Assembly: GCF_009914755.1 (NCBI RefSeq)
Contig: NC_060936.1
Source: the human T2T-CHM13v2.0 reference genome, Homo sapiens
Direction: 5' to 3' (one strand)
Length of the DNA: 64,000 nt
Made by a program: the position numbers and the translations under genes. Below the pieces are notes generated by a model. The model ran no database searches, was not told the DNA's origin, and was given only the letters and a program-made list of their open reading frames with translations. This document shows positions 14,855-31,068 of the stretch, piece by piece. Numbering within the stretch: position 1 is the stretch's first letter; the number at the start of each line of letters is the position of its first letter.

Positions 14855-16019
14855 TGATTCAAATCCACTGATCCAGGGCTGAATAACTCCATGTCCAAAG
14901 ATAGTCATCAACTTTGTAAACTAAAGGGGACAAGTGAGTCACCTCTTAAATACTAATACAGACATGACATCATTTACTTATTTTTGTTGTTGCTTCATTA
15001 AGTAGTGCTTTTCTTTGTAGTCTGAGTATATAGAAAAGATGACATTGTAGGGTAGTTTTCATCTGTCTATGTGATATATGTATCAATTTAAAATAAATAT
15101 GATAGAAAACCTTATGAAATAAATCTTATCCTTCCTGGTGGAAAGAGGATACTTTGATGTCTGATTTTTAATTCACACTACTATATGGAAACCACTCTGA
15201 TGATTTATTGATTTGGAGAGTAAGAGCTCAACTGAAAGGGAAAGTTCTACAAAGACAAAAGACTACCATAACCGGCTTTGTATTAGCTTATTACTTTTGA
15301 CAAAGGACTCCTACTTTATGGGTAAAATTACATGGGACTCTACCTAGCAAACATCCTTGTAGAATAATTTGAAGAACAGTAGATCCTAATTCACAAGATC
15401 TTTCCATCTACCTTTGTGCTATTAAATGCTTATTGAAATATGGCTTTGACTACCAGTTTTCTTTCTGGAAATTATAGGGTTTGGAAATTATTGAAGTGAG
15501 AATTAGTGAGGTACTGCTCTATTTAACCCAAGTTTTCCCTACTACAGCTTAAAAGCCATTAGTTTTTATTCTGTCTTCTTGACTAATGAGAGTAATTCAT
15601 TCCTGTCTTCTTTTTATGTTATGCATTTATGTATTTTTGTCCATTAAGCTTTCCCTTTTAAAGTGATGTTTTCAAGAAATGCCATATTGATTATGTGTGA
15701 GTAGCAGTTCCTGATTATACTAATATGAAGAGGTGAGTAACCTTATTTCTGGGTCATTAAACCAATCAGTAGAATTGGAATTAGACAAACAGATCTTTCC
15801 CATCTCTAACTTTAGTGTATCTATCAGATTGAGATAAAATGCTTTGCTTAATGCATTTCATGTACCTCCTTACTCACTAAATATAGAATTTTCTTTATAG
15901 AATTTTTGAGCAAGAAGTATCATTTGAAACTGTGCAGCCCAGTTTCATCATTTTACAGATGGCCTTAGATGGGTAAGTTCTCTTTAGCCCTGAGTTTTCT
16001 GATATGCCAGAAATATTTT

Positions 16020-16332
16020 CCTCCTCCTTCTTTATATGGCTGCCATATCTTACCTTTAAGGTCTCAGTTGAAAGCTGAAATGTTAAATGTCATGACTTTA
16101 AAAAGACCTTCTTTGACTCTCTTGAGAAAAATATTTGTCCTTTTTCTATCACTGTATTTTCTTTCTTTTTCTTCCTAGAACTTAACATATGAATCACAAT
16201 ATGCTGCATTCTTACTTATTTTCTGCCTTCTCTGCTACACTGTAAGATTCATGAAAGCAAGGTTGGTGATGTAATGCTTACCACAATCTACCCAGTGCCC
16301 CAGCAAGATGCTTGGTACTGTGTAGGCACTGG
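16020..16332 (+). mobile_element. L2 3' fragment
   Basis: aggtctcagtt...aagaccttctttgac...ctgtaagattcatgaaagcaagg...ccagtgccccagca...taggcact. Confidence 0.7.
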
Positions 16333-16759
16333 GTTTAAGAGCTGAGACCAGAACATACCTTCTTTCCTTGCACACGCGCACACACACCCCTACCCCTGAG
16401 ATAAATCAGCACCATTGTTTACTTAAAATTCTTGATCATGTGATTGCCATTAGGTTTTTGCTGGTAGCGTTACAGCTTTAGTCTGCATAGGAGTTCTTAT
16501 GTTTGTGTTATGTGGAAGAAACTAGTACAAGCATGCAGAAATCATTAGCTATGGGGCCTGGAAGCAGAGTGATCACTTTTTACTTCTTCCAAAAAGGAAA
16601 TTTAGGTTCTGAAAGTGGAAAATGCATGGTAAGCTAAAGAACTGCCTTGCAAAACAGTAGGTAGGCATACTTATAGAATAAGCTGAAACCAGTTACTGTG
16701 AGAACCTGGTTGCAATAAGAAATTGTGGTGAGTCATAGTTTGCAACTATAGTGGAAAGT

Positions 16760-16921
16760 AGGATCGCCTGTAGGGCTTCTGAAACATACTGATGCCCTGG
16801 CCCTTCCCTGGGATCCATTGGATCAGAAACTCCAGTGATGGGGCCCTGGGCATGTGTATATTTTAAACTTGCCACTTGTCATTCTGTTGATTCTGTGGTA
16901 TACCAGAGTTTAGAACAAACT
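16760..16921. mobile_element. MER5-type hAT element
   Basis: atactgatgccctggccc...atcagaaactcc...ggggccctgggcatgtgtatatttt...agtttagaac. Confidence 0.7.
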
Positions 16922-17047
16922 AGAGGATGAACTTTGGTCATGGGTAACCAAATTTGTGTTTGGTGTGTTGAGTATTTTCTTTTGAAAATCAATAAGTTAG
17001 TCACTACAGAGGCTGCAAGATTATGCATGATATTTAGTTTTCTTGAT

Positions 17048-17393
17048 TGCTATGATTTAACCATGTCCCCAAAAAGCACGAGTTGAAAAACTTAATTCCT
17101 AATGCAACAGTATAGGGAGGTGGGGCCTAATGGGAGGTGTTTAGGTCATGAGGGATCCACCATCATGAATGGATTCATGCTGATTATAAAAGGGCTTGAG
17201 GCTGCAAGTTCTATTATACCTTGTGCTCTCTCTCCCTCTTGCCCTTCTGCCATGAGATGATACAGCAAGAAGGCCAGATGCCAGCACCTTGACTTAGGAC
17301 TTCTCAGCCTCCAGAACTGTGAGAATTTTACTTTCTTTATAAATTACCCAGTCTGCAGTATTTTGTTATAGCAGCATAAAACGGACAAAGACA
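17048..17393 (+). mobile_element. MST (MSTC/MSTD-like) MaLR solo LTR
   Basis: tgctatgattt...ggtcatgaggg...aaattacccagtc...ggacaaagaca; TSD ttgat/ttaat. Confidence 0.88.
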
Positions 17394-19704
17394 TTAATTA
17401 AAGATATTTTGTAGATAACCACTGATAGTATTACATTAGTCTACTGTCTATATATTTGGTTATAGAACAGTAGTGAAAGTGGTTCTGACTTATTTTAAAC
17501 GTGGTCCATCTACATAGTAATTCTGTGGGAGCAATTACTTTTCTGGAAATATGCCAATTGTGCCTTCATGTAGATTTGTCACCTCCCTCCACCCACTCAC
17601 CATATGGATTCCTTCTACTGTTTTAAGTCAGGTTTTAGGGCCTGTCTCCTTTAGCAAGTTCCCATAAACAGTTCTATCTATCCTTCTTAAGCACACTGTT
17701 AGTCAAACTGATGCCTGTTTACCTTTGTAAATTGCAACATCTTATTACGCACATACTTCTATGCAGGTACTTCTATGAGCTGCATATTGGTCACCGTGTC
17801 TACTTTAATAGTAGTTTAGTGACTTTTTAATATGAATTGCAAGGATCCAAGGTCATATGGACTCAGCTGATGAATGTCCAGTAAATATTTGTTGACTAAG
17901 TGAGTGACGAAGCCATGCTCATTCTAAGCAAGCTTTTTCACAAGGGCAAGTTAAGAAAAAAAAGGGTGAGGGGAAGATTTGTTGGCAGTTTGTTTCTGTG
18001 AAATAAAAATGAAATAGAGTTTTCTTTTTTCTTGTGGCTGATTTCTTTTCACAGGTTTCTTTACCAACTGGCCAGTGGCCAACTTTGTCAGAGCTGAAAC
18101 AACAGACAGCTAGAAGAGAGGTTCTCAGTTGATAAATATTTGATTTACAAGGTATTGAGAGGTTTGAAGAAATGGAGGGGAGTTTGTCTAATGGGAGTTG
18201 TGTTTAGTATAGTGAGGAAGATCACCAATAATCAGGGCTGTTTTTCTTTGCAATGGCCAGTGGGTACCTAAGTTGACCAGCCTCGTTGCGCTACAGATTG
18301 TGCTGGACTGAGCTGACAACTAAGCAAAACTGAGGAGGACTGGGATGCTCTTGGTTCCACAACAGAAATACAGCTGAAGGGAATATTCTTAGATTTTCTT
18401 TTCTTCTTTTCTATAACCTGTGATAAATATTGTATGTCTCAGCAGCATAGGGAAAAAATGATTGATCCTTTCTCAGTGATATAGCTATGTGGTTGTGTAT
18501 GTTATATGCAGAATGAATGATTGAGAGCGAAAGCGGGGAGGGGGGCATGAGAGAAATGCAAGTCACTATGTATAGAATTGCCAGTAGCAATCTATCAAAG
18601 GAATGTCAGGAGTGCTAGAATAGATGGTGGATTTTATCTCTAATTTAATCATTTGTTGTTGTTCTGTTATCAAAGTTTTGTTTCTTTTTAAATTTTACTT
18701 CTCATTCCCTCCCCGAAAGTTCCAAAGAAGTACTCATGATTAGGAAAATAATAAACTGATTGAACCAAATGCTTAAGAAAAAAATGTACTGCCTTTTATA
18801 TATGCCATGAATCTTACATATAAAGATAATCCTTCTGATCCAGCACCACACATTAAGAACATTGCACTGTAAATTATTTTCCCCCACCATGGGAATAGTG
18901 CAGACCACTCCCTCTCAATGGGGACAATATTGCCATGAAGGAAGAAGTAAAAATTGATTTGGAGGAGGGGAGGTGAAATAATTAGATCTCATTTTAGTTT
19001 ATGGCTCTCGAGTGAGCCATAGTACATTCATAGATATACAGTATCTGTCTTTTATTTCAATCTCTCCGTATAACAACAGCTTTAACTATGGACATTTTTC
19101 TTTCTGGATGTATTATTTTGGAGGATATTTAACCAGGTGATTTTGTGAGGACTTTGCTTTGTAGGAAACTTAGTTTCAAGACTAACAGCTAAATAAAAAA
19201 AGAGTCTGTGTAGGCTAGTGGGCATAAGTCTGACTTCTTCATGGATTATCTACCTGTTAGTCTCCCTGAACTGTTAGAGAGCGTGGATATGTGGGCGGAA
19301 GATGTTTACTACAATTTTGGAAAAGTGTGCTACCCTCTGATCATGAATACTATATAAACATTGAAAAGTAGTTAGTAATATACTTGGGTCTGTTAATCCA
19401 AGCCATGAAAAGAGTTTATGAGTTCTCGCCAGAACATTTATTTCTTTCCCTCCACATCTCCATAGTATGAACATTATTCAGTATGTCTTTATGAAGAGTC
19501 TTGTTTTGTTCGCTGTTATTTTCTGTGTCTATTGTGTCTTTCTATCTAAATTGTATACTCTGAAAGAGAAGAATCCATGTAGAATCACAAAGCATTAGAG
19601 GAAAAGGAAGGGAACTCATTTCACAAAGCCAAAATTTGCTTGTTAGTTCTTTCATTCATTCGTCATTCCAAAAATATTTATTGCACACTTAGCACATGAC
19701 AGGC

Positions 19705-20410
<706 letters not shown>

Positions 20411-20539
20411 CAGACACTGTGCTGGAACTTTTAGGGATACAAATATAAATTAATCATCAATTTATCATGCTTTTAGAGAGCTTAAAGTTCAGTAATAGGA
20501 ATAACACACTTTTGCATGCCTTCCACTTGCCTAAAAATT

Positions 20540-21190
20540 TTTTTCCTAATGGCTGCCTATTGAATAGATAATGATTTGTTTAATTATTCTCTTATCATTG
20601 GTCTTTTAATTCTTCATTATAAACAATGCCACAAGGAACATCCTTACACATAAAACTTAATAAGTAAATTGTTATTTCTTGCTTTTTTTTTTTTTTTTTG
20701 AGATGAAGTCTCGCTCTGTCACCCAGGCTGGAGTGCACTGGCATGATCTAGGCTCACTGCAACCTCTGCCCCCCAGATTCAAGTGATTCTCCTGCGTCAG
20801 CCTCATGAGTAGCTGGTATTACAGGTACCCACTACCATGCCCAGCTAACTTTTTGTATTTTTAGTAGAGATAGGGTTTCACCATGTTGGCCAGGCTTATC
20901 TCGAACTCCTGACCTCAAGTGATTTGCCTGCCTCGGCCTCCCAAAGTGCTGGGATTACAGGTGTGAACCACCATGCCTGGCCAGTAAATTGCTATTTCTA
21001 TTATAATTTTCTAGAATTGGAATTACTAGGCTCAAAAGTATAGACTTTAAAATGTCTTGATTTTAATGCTATTTTTATATTGCTCTCCAGCAAATTTTTA
21101 CCAATTTGCACTGCTGGTAGCAATGTGTGAATGTGACTATCTCACTGTACTGTCTCACTGGCATTGAGTATTGTGAAAACTTAATTTAAT
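20540..21190 (-). mobile_element. Old L1 (L1ME-like) fragment split by an Alu; a further piece lies at about 21880-21985
   Basis: tataaacaatgcc...aacatcctt...ctagaattggaattactaggctcaaa...accaatttgcac...agcaatgtgtga. Confidence 0.7.
20680..20982 (-). mobile_element. AluSx/Sz-like
   Basis: Full dimer; 17-bp TSD agtaaattg(t/c)tatttct. Confidence 0.95.
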
Positions 21191-23565
21191 ACAAAGGAGA
21201 AAAAATGTTATTTGAAGCAGAAAATGATTACAGCAATTTATACTTTTTAAAGGAGGTAGCATAAGTCAAAATAATGAGAAAACAAATATCTAAACTACTC
21301 CATTCCTTTCAGAGAAACTTGTGGAATCGATAGAAGAGCAAAGCAGGAAATTTCAAAGTTTCTGTCAGTTCAGTTTTTCTGTGCTTAAGGTGGGACACGG
21401 AATAGAGATTTATTATTTAGGGGAAAATATCAGTGACTCAGGATGCCTTGAGCCAACTACAGGGTAGAAAACTGCAGGATAAAAGGAGAGAACTTGAGTT
21501 TTTGATGTGGGTAGGAGATTGGAGGGTGGTGTGCAAGTCTGAGGAGAGGAATTCCAAAACAGAGCAGCTAGCAGTTTCTAAAGGAAGTAAGGAAAAATAG
21601 TCAACCTCTCTGTCACCATAAACCTTTTGAAAGTCTGTTCTTGATATGGAAATTAAGGAAGGGATATGTTCCATGTCTGTGGCATCATTTCCAAAGGACG
21701 TTTCACCTTGTGAAATGGCAAGATGCTCCATTTATGCTCTGTACTCATGGACCCAAGGTGGAATAAGATTTAGAAAGAATTAAAGTGATTCTCAAGAGCT
21801 CTACAGGCATTAGGAAGGAGTTAGGCTTTCCTCTCTGAAAACTAAATTGGGTTATATTTTACAGGTATTTAAAGTTGGATATTTTTTATTAGTCATGAGG
21901 CTGAACAATTTTTTCATATGGTTTAAAATTTTTTTTGGTTGTTCGTTTTTACTTTTGTGAATTGTCTACTCAGATCCTCTGCCCCTGGCATTTGCAACTT
22001 ACGTGAAAATACTGTACCTGAGCTGTATGGGAATAGGATGAAACATATTTCTCTTATGTCAAGACCAAAATAGTCTTTATAATGTAAATAATATTCAGTC
22101 AATAACACAACTGTAGATGGTCTTCCTAGAGGACAAGGTCTAAGGAACACCTGTGCCATCGTGGGTCTCCAACAACTATGTGTTGAATGTGTAAGATAAC
22201 TACCTTGAGTCTGCTGATTGCCTCCTAGGAAAAGGCTAGGAATAGCCTGCTTAGAATCCAGTAGCAACAAGAAATCTTGTCTCTACCAACTTCCTTCAGA
22301 AGCATTATCTCTTAGTTCCAAATTGGCCATGAGGGTTCAAAGATATAATGAGCATTTTCTCAGCAGTCTGGCCCATAATGTACATTTTTCTAGAAAGCAG
22401 GAGTGGAGGAAGAAACACTGTGGAAGTACCTTAAGACCATACCTGGGACCATGTCTAATGATGTACTGAAGTTTAGACAGCCTGCATTATGGAGATCACC
22501 AAACTGTGCCCAGGAATACAGATTTTAGGGCTAAATCCCAGCCTGCTTTGTTGATCTCCTCTTTCCATGCTAATAAGATGTTCAGTTTTCAGTGAAGTAC
22601 ACTTCGCATGAAAAAAAAAAATCCAAAGGTGACTTTGTTTTGCTTTCGATTTGAACATTATCAGAATATCCATGAAAAAAAGTCAATCTCAAAAGGGCTT
22701 ATCATCATAATAGCAATATTTTAAAAGTGATAAACTTCAAAAGCAGAATGGGCTTTTGTTTATTTTCCTGCTAGGACAGATAGTGTCCCACAGGATCTTC
22801 CTTCAGGAATCCTTGTCAGAGGATGAAAAGAACAAGGTTTATGTAGGCAGTGCCAGCTCCTATTCCCTTCAAAAAACAAACAAACAACAAAAAAAGTTAC
22901 CTCTTCCAGTAGTTTGCCATGTGGATAGAGTAAAATTTCAGTTGACCCGCTATTCATTGATTGGCATAAAAAGGTAATAGAATTATTTCAGGAGCTTATT
23001 TAATCAACGTATTTCATTAAGATTCTGCCTAAAAGGGAGGAGGCTGAAGGTGAAAAAATCTTGAGATGAAAGTCTTTTTGGATCCAGACCATTGATAAAT
23101 TGATTATGACAGTAATCAAACCCACAAGCTGGAGAATAGGAAACATGGGGACAAGTTTATTAGGTTTACTTAAATAAGCCTAGGTCCTAGAATTGCAGTG
23201 ACATCGCTCATAGCTATAACCTATTCTAAGGAGCAGGTGAGAGCTGGATGACCTGATTTAAATTGTCTTGCAGTCTCCAGGGAAGTCCTGATTTTGTACT
23301 CCCCGGAATTGTGAGACCCGGACAGATCTCACCTTTACTAGACGAGGGCAGATTTGCAAGTGCCAGTTGCACCTGAAAATAATAAAGTGGACTTCCTCTA
23401 TCACCTTGACCCCAATGAAACTGAGGGCCAGATTCAGAGTTTGTGGGTAGCACTGACACAGTTAGGGCTATGTGAATGGTGCAGTGTTTTTGTCTTCCCA
23501 CAGGTCAACTGCAGATTGTGGTCTGGAATTTTCTTCATGATGATATGTCTGAACTCTATCTTATC

Positions 23566-24030
23566 TATGTTAGTTAGACTCTTAGATCTGTGAATGACAG
23601 AAAACCCAACTCGAGTTGGCTTAGACAGGAAAAAGGTGTTCATTGGCTTGGGGAAGTGAGAAAAGTCAAGCTAGAACTAACCTCATACATCCCTTGATCT
23701 AGGGGCTACAGTGATGCAAACAATACCAATTCTCTTTTCATCTCCTCATTCTGCCTCCTTTATTGATTTCATTCCCAGCTCTTTTTGGAGGCAGGTGGGC
23801 AGCTTTTAGCTCCAGTGCAGCATCCTTCAAGATTCATGTCTTATGGGAAAATAGAACTTCACATATTAAACTAGTTTAGATACAAGTACATTATTGGGAC
23901 TCATTCTCATTAGCCCAGCCCCAGATGAATCCCTGTAGCCAGGAGGCTGAAATTTTATTCTTGTGCAGCTCTGAGTGACATGTTCACTCCTGAAGCTGGT
24001 ATGGTGTCAACTACATCAGAAAGCTATACT
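23566..24030 (-). mobile_element. MLT1K-like MaLR LTR
   Basis: tgttagttagactctt...tgacagaaaacccaactcgagttggctta...tccctgtagccagg. Confidence 0.65.
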
Positions 24031-24619
24031 AGGAGAGTGAAGGAGGGCAGGTGAACAAAGGGAACAGGAGAGTCACTGATATCACAAGGGGCAGCAGATG
24101 GTATATGAACAAAAGACCACAAAAGTTCAGTACACAATTCTGCAGGCTAACTGAAGAGATTGTAAACCCAGCTTCTTCTAATGACCAAAGACGTAGGTCG
24201 AATTGGAATAAGAAATGACAAACTGAGCGGTCACTGGAAGATCTAGTGCCCCATGCCACATGACAGCAATTGGAGGACAATCACCTTTTCTTGCCAGCCC
24301 CTTGGAAAATAAAAGGTTCACCTCTGGGAAATGGGCTCTTGACCTACAAAGAAATACCTGTGTGAAACTCTGTTGTTTCTTCTAATACAACTTTTGTTTT
24401 TCTTTGTAGCCAGCATAAAAGTTGACAGCCTAGTATCAGCTTACGGGGATGCTGTTCATTGAAGGGAACTATCTAAGTTTCAGCATTAGAGTTGGATATA
24501 AAATAAATATAATAGTCCCTTGAAGATATTTTCAGACACAAGGAATACCAATAACTTGGCACCATTATCAGTAAACAGCTGGAGTTTCTGAAGGCATATT
24601 ATTGATGTTCTTGTGACAC

Positions 24620-24890
24620 TTTTTCTCATGGGGAGATCATCCACTTTCAGCACTTCAAATACAGTCATATGTAGATAGAGGTTACTCACATCTTTCTCCA
24701 CATGAGATTCATTGCCTAGGTTCAAATATAATTCAACTCCTACTGGCATCTCAAATCCATTATATTTAATACTGAACTTAATATCTTGAGTCCTGTTCCA
24801 CCTCCTGTGTTCTCTATCTTGGCTTACCATTTCACCAACCCAATCTAAGCCATAAACTTGGGGGTCATTTTAGAGAACCCCTCCTCCAGA
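24620..24890 (+). mobile_element. L2 fragment
   Basis: cacatctttctcc...ctactggcatctcaaa...actgaactt...aaacttggggtcatt. Confidence 0.7.
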
Positions 24891-24944
24891 TGATACCTGT
24901 TGACAGTGTTTGCATCTTTCAATCCATCATCTGCAGGACTTCCA

Positions 24945-25840
<896 letters not shown>

Positions 25841-26061
25841 TTTTAGGGTTGTTATGTACTGAGTTTTATCTCTCCAAAATTCATATGCTAAAGTCTGACC
25901 CCATAACATCATTGTATTTGGAGATAGGGTGTTTAAGAAGGTAATTAAGGTTAAATGATTTCATAAGGTTGGGGCCTTAATCTGATATGATTGATGTTCT
26001 TATAAGAAGGAACGAGACACCAGATCTTGATCTCCCTCCCCGCTTTCTTTCTCTCTGCATG

Positions 26062-27126
<1,065 letters not shown>

Positions 27127-27327
27127 CATGGATACAGAGAAAAGGCCATGTGAGGACAAAGCAAGAGTGTAGCCGTCTGCGAGCCAGAAAGAGAGGCTTG
27201 CCAGAAACCAAACCTGACAGCACCCTGATCTTGGACTTCTGACTTCCATAACAGTGAGAAAATAAATTTCTGCTGTTGAAGCTACCCGGTGTGTGATGTG
27301 TTGTTATGGCAGCTCTAGCAGACTAAA

Positions 27328-27745
27328 CTGCTATAACAAAGCTACCCCCATATATAAGATAAAGGTTGATTTCTCTCTCATAGAATAATCTAAGTTCTAG
27401 GCTGGTGGACAATTCTGCTCCATTCAATTATTCAGGGGCTCAGGTTTTTCCATCTTGTTTATCAAGTTTACAGTATTGTCATCATCTGCATTGCCAAAGC
27501 TATATTCCTGTGTTGCACCAGACTGATGAGAAGAAGAAAATGCATATAAAGGAGCAATCCCAGTCTCTTAAAAGGTCTGCCTCAGTAGTGTTTCGTACTC
27601 CATTGTCATGAACCTTGTCACATGAGTGGGGCAGGGACACAGGGAAATGCAGTAAAGATGGCTAGTCATGTATCAGGCTCCAATTGTATTACTATGGGAG
27701 AAGGGGAGAACAGATTATATTGGACAACTAATTACTTTTACTTCA
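27328..27745 (-). mobile_element. MLT1J/L-type LTR (3' LTR of the provirus; its outer ~10 bp lie at about 25840-25849)
   Basis: ctgctataacaaag...tttctctctcat...ctgctccattc...tattactatgggagaaggggagaac...ggacaacta. Confidence 0.7.
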
Positions 27746-28897
27746 GCCTGATCCTTTGGCCATCAAATATCTGTGGACCTTTCTTTTCATGTAAAAATAC
27801 ATATAATCCCTCTTCAAAAAAGAAAACCCTAAGTCCCACCAATTTTTGAATTTAGATCACAGCCCAGAGTCTCTGGGTGATGAACAATTTTCTCCACCAA
27901 ATCTGGATGTACTCCTAGGATACAAAAACTAAAAGACAAGGTGTTTGCAAACTCACAATGCAACAAACAAACCCTATATACAATCATGGACTAGAGACAG
28001 GATAACCATATTAAAAACTCTCAACTGGAAACAAACAAATGAACAAACAACAGTCAATGGTTTATGTAGTGATGGGTCCTGCTGTGTAGGAATTGCTTAA
28101 ATGCCCTAATCTGGCAGTTGAATTTACTTGATTTAACCCTGGTTCTGCTTTCTCAAAGGAATTTCCTCTCTATTATCTTCCTGGAAAATATCCAAAGTGT
28201 CCCTCTTTAGGGACTGTGTCACTTTTGCAGCCTGCTTCTTGCTTGTGCAAATTTGGTGATACCATGTTTGTTTTAAACCTCAGTCACAGGTGTTTTGCAG
28301 ACCAGGCTTTGGTTCCTTTGGAAATACATTTCTTAGTACTCTCAAAAACATAATACGTTTCTGCTGTATTCATTCTCAGTCATATTTGGCTGTAGCCAAA
28401 TCCAAGGTTGTTTTCCTTTAGCCATAGTGTTTTCATTTGTTTTATGTAATTCTGCCTTGCTACCCATCACTGCCCCTGCTGCCAACCCATATGCTACCTT
28501 AGCAGCTCTCTGAAACAATAGACTTGGATAAGAAGTCAAGATAAGAACCTTAAAGTTTGGGTTCTGTGATCAGAAAGCTTTTTCAGCCTTCAGACCCTGA
28601 TCCTTTCTATTCTTTTCCATTTCTGCCTGCTAACAGGCTAATTCTCAACTGAGCTCATCACTTCTTTGTTATAACTTGCAAGCAATAAGGATCTGTTCTT
28701 TCTAGACATTTCATAGACCTGCTACTTCAGGAGGCATGTGATCTCCCTTCCCAATTGTTTGATGCGATAGTTTACAAAACGTTTTGCCAGGATATACCAA
28801 GCATTTGTGGTTTTCTCATCTCCAATTGCCTTTCTGATAAACCAATGCCACATTTTAGGTGTTATAATGGTAGCGCTCCATATATGGTAGTTCTTTC
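27746..28897 (-). mobile_element. MLT1-int (MaLR internal region)
   Basis: cctttggccatcaaatatc...gagacaggataacc...ccaatgccacattttagg...ggtagttctttc abutting the next LTR tgta. Confidence 0.65.
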
Positions 28898-29320
28898 TGT
28901 ACTAGGTTAAAGATAGCGCTAAATAAAGAGACTATAAAATACAATGCTTAAAACAAGATGGAAGATTTTTCCTAGCTTACATAATCATCTGAATTTCAGG
29001 TTGATAGGTAGCTCTCTTCCATATAAATAAATCAGGGACTCAGATTCTTTCTGTGTTATTTTCTTATTACCTCATGGGGTATTGTCTTCATTTGCAAGAT
29101 TAAAACTATATCTCAGGTATGTCCATTTTGTAAAGAGGAGATTATGAAGGAGGTAGGTCTAGAAGTAGGCACATTTATGTTATGCTCATATTTAATGGTG
29201 AAAACAAAGCCACATCTAACTGAAAGGGAATCTGGGAGCTCTAGGGTAGGTAAGCAGCCTTGTACAAAGCTTCAGTTGTATTATTATGAAAAAAGTGAGA
29301 GTGTTAGTCAACAGCCTGTG
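28898..29320 (-). mobile_element. MLT1J/L-type LTR (5' LTR of the provirus)
   Basis: tgtactaggtt...aaagagact...aaatacaatgcttaaaacaagatggaag...cagggactcagattc...gccacatctaactgaaaggga. Confidence 0.7.
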
Positions 29321-29324
29321 TTAT

Positions 29325-30560
29325 GGGAGACAGTCTAAAAGTAGGGACCCTAGTTAGGAGGCTGCTTCAATCATCAAGGTATGCAATGATCATGTCTTTG
29401 TAGAGTAGTAGTAGTAAATGTGTTGAGAAGGAGTTGGATTTCAGATATATTTTGAAAGCTAGTAGAATTTAGTAATTGATTGGAGGGTATGAGAGAAGGT
29501 GACTCTAAGATTTTTGGCTTGTGTACCTGAGTAGGGACATGTACTGAGAGGGAAAATTAGAGGAAGGGCAGGATTGAGATGGGGAAAATAAAGAGTTAGA
29601 TTTTGAACTGATTAGACATCTAAGTAAGCAGGTCATGTGGGGATATTTAAGTTTGGAGTTCAAGAATATTATTGAAGATATACATTTCTGGGGCCATCAG
29701 TGTGTCGATGGTATTTAAAGCCATGCATCTGTAATACCACCTAGAGAGTGAGTGAAGCTGAAAAAAGCAAAGAGCTCTAAGAACTGAGCTTTAGTGCACT
29801 CCAGTGTTTAGAAGCCAAGGAGATTGGGAGAAACCAATACAGACTATTGACAGGGCAGCCAGGGAGGTAGGGGGAGAATTAAGAGATAAAGTTTCCCTAA
29901 ATACAAGAGAAGAAGGTATTTCAGGAAGGCGAAAGTGGCAGACTAGGTCAAATATTGGTATTTCGATGAAGTTGAAACTGACAATCAACCAGCAATGTGG
30001 AGCCTAACTGGTGACCTTGACCGAGTTGTTACATTGGATGGAGTGAGTTGAAGAGAGAATGGGACTGGACAAAGTAAAGACCAAACATGACCAAATTTTG
30101 GAGAAGTTTAAAGATAAAGGGAAGTAGTGAAGTGGAGTAGTAACTTGAAGGAAACTATGGGAACATGAAAGATTCTTTTAATATGAGAGATATTAAAACA
30201 GGTTACATATTCATAGGGATAATCCAGTACAGAAAGAATGTGTAAGAGGGAGTGATAATCACTGGAATGACCCTAAGCAATGGAATCTAGTATTCGAGCA
30301 TTGATCTTGATCTTAAATAGGAACACGCTTCATCCATTGCCATGAAGGAAGGTAGGGAAAATGAGTATAGATGCAAGTAAGTTGATAGACACAGCAGTGG
30401 AAATGTGTGGACATTCTTTTCTGATGGCTTCTACTTTATCAACCACATAGGAAGCAGGGTCCTCAGCTAAGAGAGGGTCAGGAAAGAGGAACTGGAGGTT
30501 TGAGAAGAGATGAGAAGTTGTGAAATTGTGGTCTAGAACAAGAGGAGTGAATGAATTCAG
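29325..30560 (-). mobile_element. L2, right part
   Basis: agttaggaggctgct...gatatattttgaa...tgactctaagatttttggctt...gatggtatttaaagccatg...ggtgaccttgac. Confidence 0.85.
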
Positions 30561-30713
30561 CATATGTAGAAGAGCTGCTTGATATTCCTGATTATGGATT
30601 TAAAGTGAGACACTCAGAAGAAGTGAATATTTTTTTCCAACCTTGTTTAGCTTTGTGATTATAGGTGCAGAATAGACAAGAGTTGGTTTAACCAGCCCAC
30701 GGATTTATCCGGG

Positions 30714-31068
30714 TGTATCTGTCAAGATCCAGTCAGAAAACAGAAACCATACCACCAACTAGAATAGAGGAAATCTAATATAAACAACAATACCTAGGTG
30801 AAAGTGGTTAACTACTAAACAGGGGTGAAAGAAAACTCTAAGGTGCACAGAGGCAGTGCCTGCAAAGGGTGACTAGATGCCTACATGCCAATCACAGCAC
30901 CAGAAATGTCTCTTCTTTCACTTGTAGCCTTGCAGTTTCCCTCTAGCATTCTCTGTGGGCAGAGCTTATTCTGGAGAAATGTCTGCAGAATCCAGCTCTT
31001 GTATCACAAAGCAGGGCAAAGAAGAGTGGGGTTTGGAACTGAAAGACAACAACTTAATAATTAGTGCA
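30714..31068 (-). mobile_element. ERVL-type LTR (LTR41/LTR52-like)
   Basis: tgtatctgtcaagatccagtcagaaaacagaaacca...tttggaactgaaagacaacaacttaataattagtgca. Confidence 0.6.
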
